Counted from the first letter of the stretch, positions 8,303-18,817 are shown. The stretch: 32,000 nucleotides of DNA from Edaphobacter aggregans (GCF_003945235.1 NZ_RSDW01000001.1:4140001-4172000), one strand, 5' to 3'. Notes: generated from the letters alone by a model not told the origin. Translations and numbers: made by a program.

Positions 8303-9739
8303 CTAGTACCGGTACTGCTCCGCCTTGTAGGGGCCATCAACCGAAACGCCAAGATACTCCGCCTGCTTCGGCGAAAGTGTCGTCAGCTTCACGCCGATCT
8401 TCTCTAGGTGCAGACGGGCAACTTCCTCATCCAGCTTCTTCGGCAGGATGTAGACGCCCGGCTTGTATGTGTCCTTGTTCTTCCAGAGGTCGAGCGCAGC
8501 CAGCGTCTGGTTCGAGAAGCTGGACGACATCACGAAGCTCGGGTGACCCGTAGCGCAGCCCAGGTTCACTAACCGCCCCTCGGCCAGCACAAAGATGCTG
8601 TGACCTTCGGGGAAGGTGTACTTATCAACCTGCGGCTTAATATTCAGCTTCGTCACGCCCTTGGCGCTGTTCAGCTGATCCATCTGGATCTCGTTGTCGA
8701 AGTGCCCAATATTGCAGACGATCGCTTGATCCTTCATCTGCTGCATGTGCTCAAAGGTGATGATGTCGAGATTGCCGGTGCAGGTGACATAAATATCGCC
8801 GCGCCCAAGGGTCTCCTCAAGCGTCGTGACCTCATACCCTTCCATCGCCGCCTGCAGCGCGTTGATCGGATCGATCTCGGTGACCAACACGCGAGCGCCA
8901 AGCCCACGCAGCGAAGCTGCCGAGCCCTTGCCCACGTCGCCGTAGCCGCAAACCACGGCAACTTTGCCCGCCACCATCACATCGGTCGCGCGCTTGATGC
9001 CATCGACCAGCGACTCACGGCAGCCATACAGGTTGTCGAACTTGCTCTTGGTAACGGAGTCGTTCACATTGATTGCCGGAACCAGCAGTTTGCCCTGCTC
9101 CATCATCTTGTAGAGGCGGTGAACGCCAGTCGTCGTCTCCTCAGCCACGCCTTTCCACTCCTTGGCGAGCTTCTGGAAGTAAGTCGTATCCTCAGCATGG
9201 ATCTTCTTCAGCAGGTTCTTGATGACGCCCTCTTCCTGATTGCCCGAGGGAGTATTCACCCAACCATCGCCCTTCTCTAACTCCACACCCTTGTGGATGA
9301 GCAGGGTAACGTCGCCACCGTCGTCGATCACGATCTGCGGACCCAGGCCACCCTTGTGCCGCAGAGCCTGATCCGTGCACCACCAGTACTCCTCGAGCGT
9401 CTCGCCCTTCCAGGCGAACACAGGAACGCCGGCCGCAGCAATCGCCGCCGCCGCATGGTCCTGCGTCGAAAAAATATTGCAGCTTGCCCAGCGCACGTCG
9501 GCGCCCAGCGCGACCATCGTCTCGATCAGCACAGCGGTCTGGATGGTCATGTGCAGCGATCCAGTCACGCGAACGCCAGCCAGAGGCTTCGAGGGAGCGT
9601 ACTTGTTGCGGATAGCCATCAACCCCGGCATCTCCTGCTCGGCAATTTCAATCTCCTTGCGTCCAAACTCCGCAAGCGAAATGTCCGCGACCTTGTACTC
9701 CGTCGCCAGTACAGACTTATCGATAGTTGCTGTCGCCAT
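8303..9739 (-). CDS. ahcY: Adenosylhomocysteinase (S-adenosyl-L-homocysteine hydrolase)
   Basis: 478-aa ORF. N-terminal [30 protein letters not shown]-binding [12 protein letters not shown], and C-terminal ...[10 protein letters not shown] are all typical of AhcY. Confidence 0.97.
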   Translation of the reverse strand: MATATIDKSVLATEYKVADISLAEFGRKEIEIAEQEMPGLMAIRNKYAPSKPLAGVRVTGSLHMTIQTAVLIETMVALGADVRWASCNIFSTQDHAAAAIAAAGVPVFAWKGETLEEYWWCTDQALRHKGGLGPQIVIDDGGDVTLLIHKGVELEKGDGWVNTPSGNQEEGVIKNLLKKIHAEDTTYFQKLAKEWKGVAEETTTGVHRLYKMMEQGKLLVPAINVNDSVTKSKFDNLYGCRESLVDGIKRATDVMVAGKVAVVCGYGDVGKGSAASLRGLGARVLVTEIDPINALQAAMEGYEVTTLEETLGRGDIYVTCTGNLDIITFEHMQQMKDQAIVCNIGHFDNEIQMDQLNSAKGVTKLNIKPQVDKYTFPEGHSIFVLAEGRLVNLGCATGHPSFVMSSSFSNQTLAALDLWKNKDTYKPGVYILPKKLDEEVARLHLEKIGVKLTTLSPKQAEYLGVSVDGPYKAEQYRY

Positions 9740-9901
9740 TACGGCACCTCATTCCTTAATTCAAATGTCGTTGTGATGGACCAATCTGATCTACCTAAAG
9801 GATACCATTCGAGCCCTGTGTTTCAGCCAAAACTGCCCATCCGCGCTGCCTGTATTCATCAAACAACAACGCTTCTTTCATATACAATCTCCACATGTTT
9901 C

Positions 9902-11209
9902 TCATCGTTTCTCGTGAGATGCTCTTTGCTGCCTGACCGATAAACTAAGCACCGCGGCACACAACGCCAGCCCGCTGATTCCATACAGGCCGCCCGCGAA
10001 GCTATGAGTTGCATCACGCAACCTGCCCGTTAAATAAGGCCCTGTAAATCCGCCGAGCCCGCCAAGAGTCGTGATCATGGCAACACCGCCCGCCGCCGCT
10101 GCACCCTTCACCATCCGCGTCATCAGAGCCCAGAAAGGCCCCATCGTGCTCCACAGCCCAATAGCCGCCAGCGACAATGCGCACAACGCCACAGCCACAT
10201 CATGCGCCACAGCTGCCCAGGCGAACCCCACAGCAACCAGCACCATACATCCCGCCAGATGCCCACGTCGCTCATTCCACCTATCCGAACTCCACCCCAC
10301 AATCACCGTGAAGATGGCGGCCAGCACGTACGGCACCGTAGCATAGCGAGCAATCAGACTCGCGTCGCGCCCCATACGCCCATCAGCCAGGCTCGACAGA
10401 ATCAACGGCATCCACAGATTCACCACATACACGCCGATCTGGATAACGACATAAACTCCAGCCAGCATCCATACCGCCGGCATCTTGAAAACATCCATCA
10501 GATTGCCGTGCTCTCCGGCGCCATACAGGGTACGGTCCCGCTCGAGTTCGCCTGCTAGCCAAAGCTTCTCCTGCGAATCAAGCCACTCCGCCTTCTCCGG
10601 CCCGTCCCGCAGCACAAACAGCACAGATACCCCCAGCAGAACCGTCGGAATCCCTTCAGCCAAAAACAGCCACTGCCACCCGCTCAACCCAGCAACACCA
10701 TCTAGCCGCAATAGTGCACTAGAAATCGGCCCACCAATCACCCCCGCAAGAGACGTCGCCGTCATGAACTTGGCCACAGCCCGCGCCCGCTCGTGCGAAG
10801 GAAACCAGAACGTTAGATAAAGCAGCATTCCAGGCACAAAACCCGCTTCGGCTACTCCCAGCAAAAAACGCAGAATATAGAACGATCGCGGCGAGTGGAT
10901 GAACATCATGCACGCCGCAACAATCCCCCACGTGATCATGATGCGCCCAATCCAAAGCCGCGTACCGACCTTCCGCAGCATAAGGTTGCTGGGCATATCG
11001 AATAGCGCATAGCCCAGAAAGAATATTCCCGCACCCGTTCCGTACACCGTATCGCTGAAGTGCAGTTGCCGCTTCATGTCCATCGCGGCAAAGCCAACGT
11101 TCACGCGGTCCACATAGGCCACGATGTAGAGCAAAAAGAGATAGGGAATCAGTCGACGCGTGATCTTCGCGTACAGTACACGTCCATCAATCGCAGTCGC
11201 TTGCACCAT
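9902..11209 (-). CDS. MFS transporter, anion:cation symporter (ACS)-like subfamily
   Basis: 435-aa ORF with about 12 hydrophobic helices. The N-terminus RRLIPYLFLLYIVAYVDRVNVGFAAMDM...GAGIFFLGYALFDMPSNL is typical of ACS-type MFS permeases (tartrate/hexuronate-like). Substrate unknown. Confidence 0.85.
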   Translation of the reverse strand: MVQATAIDGRVLYAKITRRLIPYLFLLYIVAYVDRVNVGFAAMDMKRQLHFSDTVYGTGAGIFFLGYALFDMPSNLMLRKVGTRLWIGRIMITWGIVAACMMFIHSPRSFYILRFLLGVAEAGFVPGMLLYLTFWFPSHERARAVAKFMTATSLAGVIGGPISSALLRLDGVAGLSGWQWLFLAEGIPTVLLGVSVLFVLRDGPEKAEWLDSQEKLWLAGELERDRTLYGAGEHGNLMDVFKMPAVWMLAGVYVVIQIGVYVVNLWMPLILSSLADGRMGRDASLIARYATVPYVLAAIFTVIVGWSSDRWNERRGHLAGCMVLVAVGFAWAAVAHDVAVALCALSLAAIGLWSTMGPFWALMTRMVKGAAAAGGVAMITTLGGLGGFTGPYLTGRLRDATHSFAGGLYGISGLALCAAVLSLSVRQQRASHEKR

Positions 11210-11242
11210 CGCTCTACTGTATCCGGTCGAGCGCAGATCAAG

Positions 11243-12331
11243 TCAATTCTTCTCAGCAGCGAGCAATCTCAGCTTCCTCTCAACGCCCCAGCGATAGCCA
11301 GTCAGCGACCCGCTCTTCCCAACCACCCGATGGCAAGGCACAATTACCGCCACCGGATTCGCCGCACACGCTCCTGCGATGGCCCGCGTGGCCGTCGGCG
11401 ATCCAAGCTGAACTGCAAGCGCCGAATAACTCCGAGTCTCTCCGCGGGGAATCTCCTGCAATGCCCTCCACACTCGCTGTTGAAATGCCGTTGCACGCAC
11501 ATCGAGAGGAAAATTCGCAGCAAGTGGATGTTCGCCCATCTGGCTTGTCACAAAAGTCACAGCCTCAGCCAACCATCCCGTAGAGCTTTTCTCTGCCACC
11601 AATTCGGCCTTAGGAAAACGACCCCGAAGAATCTCAAATACCTCGGCATTATTGTCGCCAAACGCGATCGTGCACACACCTACATCGGTCGTCGCCACTA
11701 GCATCCGGCCCAACGGACTATCAGCAATATAGTATCGGATCTCAAGTCCTGCCGCTCCACTGCGCATCTCACGCGGAGTCATCCCTAACCGCGCCCCGCT
11801 GTTCTCATACAGCCTACTGCTCGATCCAAAATCCGCATCGTAGATTGCATCCGTCACTCGCATCTTCGGCTCCCTCACCTTGTCCTTGAACTTCTCCAGC
11901 CGCTGTGCCTTCGCGTACTGTCCCGGGCTCACCCCAAGCACACGCTTGAATCCGCGCAGAATTGTAAGCCGCCCAACTCCGGTAGCCTTCGCAACATCAG
12001 CCAACTTCATCCGTTCGTCCGCATGCTCCCGCAGATACTTCGTCACTGTCCCGATAGCGGCGGCCTGCGGATCCGCCTTGGGCGTCGTCCGCTCCGGCTC
12101 GCATCGCTTGCATGGTCTGAAGCCAGCCGCCTGCGCCGCGTCCGTCGTCGGAAAGAACTGCACCTGCTTGCGGTTAGGTCTGCGACTGGGACAACTCGGC
12201 TTACAGAAGATGCGAGTCGACTTCACAGCATAAAAAAACTGACCGTCAGCGCTTGCATCACGTTCCAGCACCTGCTGCCATTGCTTGCCAGGAAAGAGAC
12301 TCGGAATGTTGTTAGCTTTAGTCATCGTCAT
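11243..12331 (-). CDS. ada: Bifunctional Ada: methylphosphotriester-DNA/AraC-type regulator fused to O6-methylguanine-DNA methyltransferase
   Basis: N-terminal Zn site CKPSCPSRRP...CKRC. AraC HTH LADVAKATGVGRLTILRGFKRVLGVSPGQY. C-terminal MGMT active site IVPCHRVVG. Confidence 0.9.
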   Translation of the reverse strand: MTMTKANNIPSLFPGKQWQQVLERDASADGQFFYAVKSTRIFCKPSCPSRRPNRKQVQFFPTTDAAQAAGFRPCKRCEPERTTPKADPQAAAIGTVTKYLREHADERMKLADVAKATGVGRLTILRGFKRVLGVSPGQYAKAQRLEKFKDKVREPKMRVTDAIYDADFGSSSRLYENSGARLGMTPREMRSGAAGLEIRYYIADSPLGRMLVATTDVGVCTIAFGDNNAEVFEILRGRFPKAELVAEKSSTGWLAEAVTFVTSQMGEHPLAANFPLDVRATAFQQRVWRALQEIPRGETRSYSALAVQLGSPTATRAIAGACAANPVAVIVPCHRVVGKSGSLTGYRWGVERKLRLLAAEKN

Positions 12332-12404
12332 TCCAGTATCTTCCTACCACTCGTTCCTCGTCACACTCCGTTTCGTTCAATCAAACTCTGAATGGAACTT
12401 CCAG

Positions 12405-13322
12405 CTAGAGTCCGAACGGAGGAACCCACTTCTTGTCGCGCGTCCCCCCACCCACAAGTGGCACTGTAACTCCTTGCTCATCCACCTCGTAGCTCTCGAC
12501 ATAGAAGTTCTTTACCTCCGCTACACCAAAGCTGGTTGTGATGGCCACATCCGTAGCATCGCGCCCAGTCGCCATCAGCACGCGCCCGATGCGCGGCTCG
12601 TTATGACGAGCATCCATCGTCCACCATCGACCACTTAGAAAGACCTCGTACCATGCGCTGAAATCACCCGGACCGCTATAAGGTGTGCGGATATCCCCGA
12701 GGTAACCTGTCACGTACCGCGCAGGAATATTCATAGCCCGCGTCATCGCAATCGCCAGGTGTTGGTAGTCGCGGCACACGCCGACGCGTTCCGTAAACAC
12801 ATTCAGAGAAGTCTTCGTCGGGCGCGCCGTGTTGTAGTTAAAGCGCACATGGTTGTGCACCCAGTCGCGGATCCACACAGCCCGCGCCCATCCCGGTGTC
12901 GTGTGTCCGAACATATCGCCCGCCACTTGCGACATCTGGTCCACCTCGCAGTAGCGGCTGCTAAGCAAAAACTGCAGCGTCTCCGTTGGCAGTTCTTCGA
13001 CAGGATGTTGAATGGCCTCAGTAAAAATCGGATCGGGCTGGCCATCGTCTTCCACGAGACTTTTGCCACTTATCCGCAATGTTCCTTGCGGTGCCACAAA
13101 CCGAGAGCAACGGTTCCCGAAGCTGTCCAAATACTCCTCCGCTGCGATCGAAGTCTTCGACTCCAACTCCAACCCCTGAGGAGCGGTTTCAATGTGTTCG
13201 AGCGTCAATTCTTCCGGTTCGCGCACGAGCGGGTCGACCGAAGGATGAAGTCGTAGCATCGCGACCATCGTCAACTCTTGCGGAAGATGAAACTGAATAT
13301 CGAACTCGGAACGTATCAGCAT
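12405..13322 (-). CDS. Transglutaminase-like family protein (Bact_transglu_N plus transglutaminase core)
   Basis: 305-aa ORF with the core GVCRDYQHLAIAMTRAMNIPARYVTGYL (Cys nucleophile context) and ...WWTMDARHNEPRIGRV. The expected His position reads DFSAW (see findings). Confidence 0.8.
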   Translation of the reverse strand: MLIRSEFDIQFHLPQELTMVAMLRLHPSVDPLVREPEELTLEHIETAPQGLELESKTSIAAEEYLDSFGNRCSRFVAPQGTLRISGKSLVEDDGQPDPIFTEAIQHPVEELPTETLQFLLSSRYCEVDQMSQVAGDMFGHTTPGWARAVWIRDWVHNHVRFNYNTARPTKTSLNVFTERVGVCRDYQHLAIAMTRAMNIPARYVTGYLGDIRTPYSGPGDFSAWYEVFLSGRWWTMDARHNEPRIGRVLMATGRDATDVAITTSFGVAEVKNFYVESYEVDEQGVTVPLVGGGTRDKKWVPPFGL

Positions 13323-13414
13323 AAGTATCCCCGGCCAATCGTGGAAGGCCCTTGTAACTGCGATGCGAAAAGTTCCTGAGCGGCAAGTCTAACCTGCTTT
13401 TTCGCCTTAAATGC

Positions 13415-13450
13415 GATGCGGGGTGAAACTCATAGAGTCCACCCCGCATC
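13415..13450 (-). terminator. Hairpin downstream of metK (probable terminator, weak U-tract)
   Basis: 11-bp perfect stem GATGCGGGGTG / CACCCCGCATC with a 14-nt loop. It starts 19 nt after the metK stop. On the minus strand it is followed by GCATTTAAGG. Confidence 0.5.
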
Positions 13451-13468
13451 CTACAATGCTTTTTCGGT

Positions 13469-14671
13469 TTACTTTGCTGCGGTCTTGACACCAGCCTGCT
13501 CTGCTAGAGCAGCTGCCTTGTCAGTCTCTTCCCACTTGAAGCCTTCGCCCTTGCGGCCGAAGTGCCCGTAAGCAGCAGTAGCCTTGAAGATCGGTCTGCG
13601 CAGGTCGAGACCCTCAATGATGCCCTTCGGCGTCAGCGAGAAGTTTTTCCGCACCAGCGTCTCAAGCGTCGTCTCATCGACCTTGCCCGTGCCAAACGTA
13701 TCGACCAGCACACTAACCGGCTCAGCCACGCCGATCGCATAGGCAAGCTGCACCTCGCAGCGATCCGCCAGCCCAGCCGCGACGATGTTCTTCGCCACAT
13801 AGCGCGCCATATAAGCTGCAGAACGGTCGACCTTCGTCGCATCCTTGCCACTGAAGGCTCCGCCGCCGTGACGGCCCATGCCGCCGTAGGTGTCGACGAT
13901 AATCTTGCGTCCCGTCAAACCCGTATCGCCCATTGGCCCACCGACGACAAACCGTCCGGTCGGGTTGATGTGATACTTCGTATCCTCATCGAGCAGGTTC
14001 GCAGGAATCACAGCCTGGATCACATTCTTCAGAATGTCAGCGCGCAACTCGTCATTGCCCACGGTCTCAGCATGCTGCGTCGAAATCACAACCGCATCCA
14101 CACGCACAGGCTTGTGGTTCGCGTCGTACTCCACCGTCACCTGGCTCTTGCCATCAGGCCGCAGATACGACATCAACCCATTCTTACGAACCTCAGAGAG
14201 CTTATGTGCCAGCTTATGAGCCAGCGAGATCGGTGTCGGCATCAGTTCCGGCGTCTCATTGGTCGCGTAGCCAAACATCATGCCCTGGTCGCCTGCGCCG
14301 CCCGTATCGACACCCATGGCGATATCGCCTGACTGCTTATTGATCGTCGAGATCACCGCACACGTGTTCGAGTCGAACCCATACAGCGCATTGTCATACC
14401 CGATCGCCGCGACCGTTCCGCGCACAAGGTTCTGGAAGTCCACATAAGCCTTCGTCGTGATCTCGCCCGCAATCACCACCAGCCCGGTGCAGGTCAGCGT
14501 CTCGCACGCTACACGGCTGTAGGGATCCTGCGCTAGGCAGGCATCCAGAATCGCATCAGAAATCTGGTCGGCAATCTTATCCGGATGCCCCTCGGTTACA
14601 GACTCACTGGTAAACAGAAAACGGTCGCGTGTCGACAAATCAAACTCCTCCAAAGTCTTTGCGGGCAACAT
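13469..14671 (-). CDS. metK: S-adenosylmethionine synthetase
   Basis: 400-aa ORF with [37 protein letters not shown] and [19 protein letters not shown], the canonical MetK motifs. Confidence 0.97.
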   Translation of the reverse strand: MLPAKTLEEFDLSTRDRFLFTSESVTEGHPDKIADQISDAILDACLAQDPYSRVACETLTCTGLVVIAGEITTKAYVDFQNLVRGTVAAIGYDNALYGFDSNTCAVISTINKQSGDIAMGVDTGGAGDQGMMFGYATNETPELMPTPISLAHKLAHKLSEVRKNGLMSYLRPDGKSQVTVEYDANHKPVRVDAVVISTQHAETVGNDELRADILKNVIQAVIPANLLDEDTKYHINPTGRFVVGGPMGDTGLTGRKIIVDTYGGMGRHGGGAFSGKDATKVDRSAAYMARYVAKNIVAAGLADRCEVQLAYAIGVAEPVSVLVDTFGTGKVDETTLETLVRKNFSLTPKGIIEGLDLRRPIFKATAAYGHFGRKGEGFKWEETDKAAALAEQAGVKTAAK

Positions 14672-14789
14672 ATCCCGCGCAGTAGGTAACCTCTCTATTC
14701 TACCCGTCTGTCACCCGCCCCCGCAAAACCACCCATGCATTTGCGACCAGTGCGCAGTCAATGGCGATATCCTGCATCAAACAGCATCT

Positions 14790-14828
14790 CCAACAAAACA
14801 AAGCGACGCCCATTCTCAGGACGCCGCT
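14790..14828 (-). terminator. Intrinsic terminator of the TonB-dependent receptor gene
   Basis: Minus-strand AGCGGCGTCC TGAGAAT GGGCGTCGCT (10-bp stem including 2 G-U pairs) followed by TTGTTTTGTTGG. It starts 20 nt after the stop at 14848. Confidence 0.7.
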
Positions 14829-14847
14829 CCACCTAAACTCCTATTTT

Positions 14848-17800
14848 TTAGAAAATTACTTTCGCGCCAAGCTGAAGAATGCGCTTGTCGCGGTAACCCG
14901 TAATGTTACCGGCAGTTGAGCTGAAACCGCTGGCACTAATCAGGCTACCCGTTGAAATTGTGTCCGGGTTTGTATGGTTGAACAGGTTGAAGGCCTCGCC
15001 GCGAAGCTGCATGTGCACATGCTCTCCAAAGTTGACATTCTTGAACAGGCCCGTATCCACGCGCCACCAGCCGGGTCCCTGCACAACATTGCGCTCGGCA
15101 TTGCCGCCACGGATCTGCCCGCTAGGAACTGCCGAAAACCCATTGATGTTGAACCAGTTCAGCCGATTGTGGATTGGAGTGGCCCCAGCATGGTTCGGAT
15201 TGGCAATCTGATCCGGCCGTCCGCTGGAGACGCTCGAGCCAAACACAACACCAACGCCAGCCGGATCCAGCCCCGTGGTCGTAACGTTCAGCGGCAGGCC
15301 CGTGTTGAAGTAGCCCAAGCCTGAGACCTCCCATCCACCGAGCAGGTGGCCAACCAGGCCATGCTGTTCATAGAAGAACGGTAACGCGTACACGGCGTTG
15401 AGGTTGAACATATGCCGACGGTCGGCAGCTGCAGGGCCATACTCCGCCGACGGAAGCGACGAAATCTGCGGAGCGCCAGTACGATCGGCGTTGGCGTTCG
15501 TCAGCGCATGTGACCACGTGTAATTTGCAGCCACCAGAGAGTTATGCTTCCACTCCTTGCGGGCAGACGCTTGCAGGGAATTGTAGTTGCCCATGAAAAT
15601 CGTCTGCACCGAGTTGATTGCGCTAAAGCCCTTATACGGCCGGTAGGGATTGATCAGCGACACGTTTGAGCTGGTCACTGTCGTCGTCGGGTTGGCTGCG
15701 GCAAACGCTCCAACGGGGGCCTGGTTGATATCCACAAGGCCCAGCAGATGGTTCTGCACGCTGCCAACATAGGCAACCTCACCTACGAAGCCCCCCTTGA
15801 TCTGCTGTTGAAAGCTCAAAGAGAACTGCTGGTTGTACGGCGTCCTGAAGCGTGGCGCTGTGGCACGAATCACCTGCGCCGCATAGCTCACATTTGCCGC
15901 AACGATCCCAGGATTGTCGAAGCTCGTATTTGAGACCGTTGGTGAGTTTACGAACGGAGGGTTCTGAAAGATATTTTGTTCATAGGTGCCGAACAACGCT
16001 GAGTCAAATGCGATGCCGTATCCTCCACGCAACGACGTCTTGCCGTTGCCGAAGACATCAAGGGCAAAGCCGAGGCGGGGAGCAAAATTGAGATTATCGG
16101 ACGATCCAATCTTATTTCCGTATGGAGAATTCTTCCCGTTGATACTCACGCCATTCGTCACTGCCGACGCCAAGGTCACGCCGGTCACAGGACTTACGCC
16201 AGTGCAAGGCGCGCCCGTCACGCAGATCAACCCATTCTTGTCCACCGTCGGCGCTGCAGCAGAGCTATACAGCGATGGATCAAAGGTCGTCAGCTGATTA
16301 TTTTGATCTGTCGGTTGTGCGAAGCGCGTGTAGCGAACGCCCATATTCAACGTTAGCCTCGGTGTCACCTTCCAGTCATCCTGTGCATACACCTCAAATT
16401 GATTGGCCAGAATATTGGCAGTCACATCGATCGAGGCTTGCGAGAACGTTGTTGCAAAGCCAGTCAGGAAGTTAGCCCACGCCTGCTGATAGGCCTGCGC
16501 CGTCGACCCGGTTGGAAGATTGCCATTCGTAAAGCCGAAGCTGCCCGCATTGGCGCTCGCATTGTTCTCACGCTTGTTGTAACGGTTGTAATCGATGCCC
16601 GCCTTGAGCGTATGGTTGGCAATCGTCTTGGTGACATTCCCGAAGATATTGTGGTTGCGGTTGAAGTCGCGATATGGGCCGTATGTAGCAAGAGTAGTGC
16701 CACTGGAGAATGTCAGGGTCGGCACTCGCGGCAACGTGGATGGGAAAAGCAGCGTTGGCTTGATGTCAGGCGAGTTCGCGTTCGCCATCAATCCCACCGG
16801 GTCGCTAAGCAGCGCGCCATACGAGAACGCATACCCGCCATCGATCAGCAGCGTCGGATTGATGACGTACGTCGCATGCCCAAGATACGTCCGTCCGGGT
16901 GCATTCGTATTAGTAGTGTTGACACCCGGAAAACCACTCCCCTGGAACAGTCCACCTGGCTCCTGCGTCGGAATTGAATCGTTGACCATTCGGAAGAAGA
17001 GGTTCATCTTCTGCCCAAGCTGTTGGTCGATACGAACGATCTGCTGGTTTCCGTTGAAGAGATTGCGCTGCGGTGGCGTCACCAGGGTGCCGGTCGCGTC
17101 CGGCGTTCCGACGCTCGCGTAAATGTCCTTCAGATACGCCTGCGCCAAGGTGCTTGTAATTGGCACAGTCGTTACACCGGTATTGTTGCATTTTCCGGTC
17201 GTTGCATTCGTGCTCGCGCACACGGCCTTGGTAAAGATGCCCTGTCGCTCAGCCACGCTCGGGACCCCCGTCAGCGTTAAAGGCTTGTACGTGATCACCC
17301 GCCGGATCTCTTGCGAGAAGAAGAAATAGGTATTGTGCTTCCGGCCGTCGTAGATGCGGGGTAGCCACACCGGCCCGCCGATCGTGTAGCCGAAGTCGTT
17401 GTAACGCAGCGCGCCGCGTGAAGCGGTTGTCTTCGCCGCGCCCGACGGCGTGGTCGTCAGTTTGTTCAGTACATCGTTGGCATTAAACACATCATTACGA
17501 ACAAACTCGTAGGCGCTTCCGTGGAAGTTGTTGGTTCCTGACTTCGTAATGACGTTGATCTGTCCGCTGGCAGCGCGTCCGTACTCTGCCGAATAAGCCC
17601 CGCGCTGCGTCTTGAACTCAGCAATTGCGTCCACCGAGGGATATGTCAGCAACGTGTAGTTCGATCCGCGATCCTGGTTGTCGACGCCGTCCACGGTCCA
17701 TCCATTGCCGCTTGTGCGGCTGCCGTTGACGGAGAAATTCACAACATTTGTCGCACCGTTCGGGCTCGAATTGCCAATGTAGATCTGATCGGCGCCCGTG

Positions 17801-18312
17801 TATGCCACGCCGGGCTGCAAACCTACCAGTTGCTCGTAGTTCCGGCTCGAAAGCACCAACTCTCGTACCTGCGTGCCGTTGATCAAAGATGCCTGGGTTG
17901 CATTCTCGAAGTTCAGGCTCTGAGCCTCCGTAGTCACAACCACTTTCTCTGTAGCGCCAGCCTTGAGTGTGCTGTTAATCGTCAGCGCATCGCCTACGTG
18001 CAATATGACGTTGGAGAACACTTGATCGCCAAAACCCGACGCTGTGACTGTAATCGTGTAGCCGCCCAACGGTAGCGAAGTCGCAGTATAAAATCCCGTT
18101 CCTGCCGTCTGTACCGTTCGAACCACTTCATTGCGGTCCGTATTGAGCAGCGTGACTGTCGCTCCATTGACAGCAGCGCCCGTCGCATCCGTCACTGTCC
18201 CGCTAATGCTTCCCAATCCCACCTGGCCCTGCGCCACGCCGGACGCCATCACCAGAATTACCGCCACAACGAAACCCGTAGCACGACCCATCAACTGCCT
18301 GAATATTGTCAT
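14848..18312 (-). CDS. TonB-dependent outer-membrane receptor with N-terminal carboxypeptidase-regulatory-like domain
   Basis: ORF 14848..18357. I prefer the ATG at 18312 (AGGAGAAGG upstream; signal MTIFRQLMGRATGFVVAVILVMASGVAQG). CarboxypepD_reg-like GSISGTVTDATGAAVNGATVTLLN...GGYTITVTASGF, then plug and barrel. The C-terminal ...LQLGAKVIF ends in Phe, as OMP barrels do. Confidence 0.9.
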   Translation of the reverse strand: MTIFRQLMGRATGFVVAVILVMASGVAQGQVGLGSISGTVTDATGAAVNGATVTLLNTDRNEVVRTVQTAGTGFYTATSLPLGGYTITVTASGFGDQVFSNVILHVGDALTINSTLKAGATEKVVVTTEAQSLNFENATQASLINGTQVRELVLSSRNYEQLVGLQPGVAYTGADQIYIGNSSPNGATNVVNFSVNGSRTSGNGWTVDGVDNQDRGSNYTLLTYPSVDAIAEFKTQRGAYSAEYGRAASGQINVITKSGTNNFHGSAYEFVRNDVFNANDVLNKLTTTPSGAAKTTASRGALRYNDFGYTIGGPVWLPRIYDGRKHNTYFFFSQEIRRVITYKPLTLTGVPSVAERQGIFTKAVCASTNATTGKCNNTGVTTVPITSTLAQAYLKDIYASVGTPDATGTLVTPPQRNLFNGNQQIVRIDQQLGQKMNLFFRMVNDSIPTQEPGGLFQGSGFPGVNTTNTNAPGRTYLGHATYVINPTLLIDGGYAFSYGALLSDPVGLMANANSPDIKPTLLFPSTLPRVPTLTFSSGTTLATYGPYRDFNRNHNIFGNVTKTIANHTLKAGIDYNRYNKRENNASANAGSFGFTNGNLPTGSTAQAYQQAWANFLTGFATTFSQASIDVTANILANQFEVYAQDDWKVTPRLTLNMGVRYTRFAQPTDQNNQLTTFDPSLYSSAAAPTVDKNGLICVTGAPCTGVSPVTGVTLASAVTNGVSINGKNSPYGNKIGSSDNLNFAPRLGFALDVFGNGKTSLRGGYGIAFDSALFGTYEQNIFQNPPFVNSPTVSNTSFDNPGIVAANVSYAAQVIRATAPRFRTPYNQQFSLSFQQQIKGGFVGEVAYVGSVQNHLLGLVDINQAPVGAFAAANPTTTVTSSNVSLINPYRPYKGFSAINSVQTIFMGNYNSLQASARKEWKHNSLVAANYTWSHALTNANADRTGAPQISSLPSAEYGPAAADRRHMFNLNAVYALPFFYEQHGLVGHLLGGWEVSGLGYFNTGLPLNVTTTGLDPAGVGVVFGSSVSSGRPDQIANPNHAGATPIHNRLNWFNINGFSAVPSGQIRGGNAERNVVQGPGWWRVDTGLFKNVNFGEHVHMQLRGEAFNLFNHTNPDTISTGSLISASGFSSTAGNITGYRDKRILQLGAKVIF

Positions 18313-18723
18313 CTGACCTTCTCCTGAAAAATCCAACATTGAAGTCCCCAGACTCACGCCGGGGTTCTTGATTTCATCTTTGTGACAGCAAAATGTCTGA
18401 CAAGAAACCGAGAATTAGCACTGCCACGAATACTCAGCAGGAACAAAAAGCTAGAAACAAGATGAACGTTGAGTTAATTATGCTCCCCGAATCTTGTCAA
18501 TCCATGAATCAACCATTCGTCACGAATCAGACAAGTATCCGTGGACTGCCCGTTGGTGAATCCTCCGGCCATTATTTATCTGACGTATCGACATCGCCAC
18601 GGAACCAATTCGTTTCAATGCCCCAGCTTTTGTCAAGCCCAATACATGGAAAAGTCATTACGAATCAATGATATCCAGATGCCAATCAATTTTTCATCCA
18701 CTCCGCTACTGAAATAAGAGAGA

Positions 18724-18768
18724 TTAAAACGAGGAAGTCCCGGATAACTCATCGGGGCTTCCTCTTTT
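18724..18768. terminator. Bidirectional intrinsic terminator (ends the HTH-gene transcript on the minus strand)
   Basis: GAGGAAGTCCCG (18731-18742), loop GATAACTCAT, CGGGGCTTCCTC (18753-18764): 12-bp stem with one mismatch. TTTT follows on the plus strand and GTTTTAA on the minus strand. Confidence 0.7.
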
Positions 18769-18817
18769 AACAATTCCTACCTCTCACTCGGAAAGGAAAT
18801 TTCTTATAAATATTATT

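Noticed and set aside
8225-8407. 60-aa plus-strand ORF spanning the ahcY 3' end and the stem-loop motif
   Set aside because: It is antisense to the ahcY C-terminus, has no ribosome-binding site, and the motif copies at other loci do not preserve any reading frame.
9740-9901. Possible SAH riboswitch in the 160-nt region upstream of ahcY
   Set aside because: I reverse-complemented the region and looked for the conserved SAH-riboswitch core as I remember it (GC-rich pseudoknot with an AGGCUCGG-like segment). Only a loose ACAGGGCTCGAA match was present, with no supporting helices. A cmscan run would settle it.
14672-14789. Possible SAM riboswitch upstream of metK
   Set aside because: Only about 118 nt lie between the upstream terminator and the metK ATG. 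A plausible promoter (TTGCGG-18-TAGAAT) leaves a leader of about 35 nt, too short for SAM-I or SAM-II, and no conserved SAM-box elements are seen.
18393-18671. 92-aa plus-strand ORF in the AT-rich spacer
   Set aside because: It has N/Q/S-rich composition, no RBS, no recognisable domain, and lies in the probable promoter/leader of the receptor gene. It could be tested by proteomics but is not supportable from sequence.
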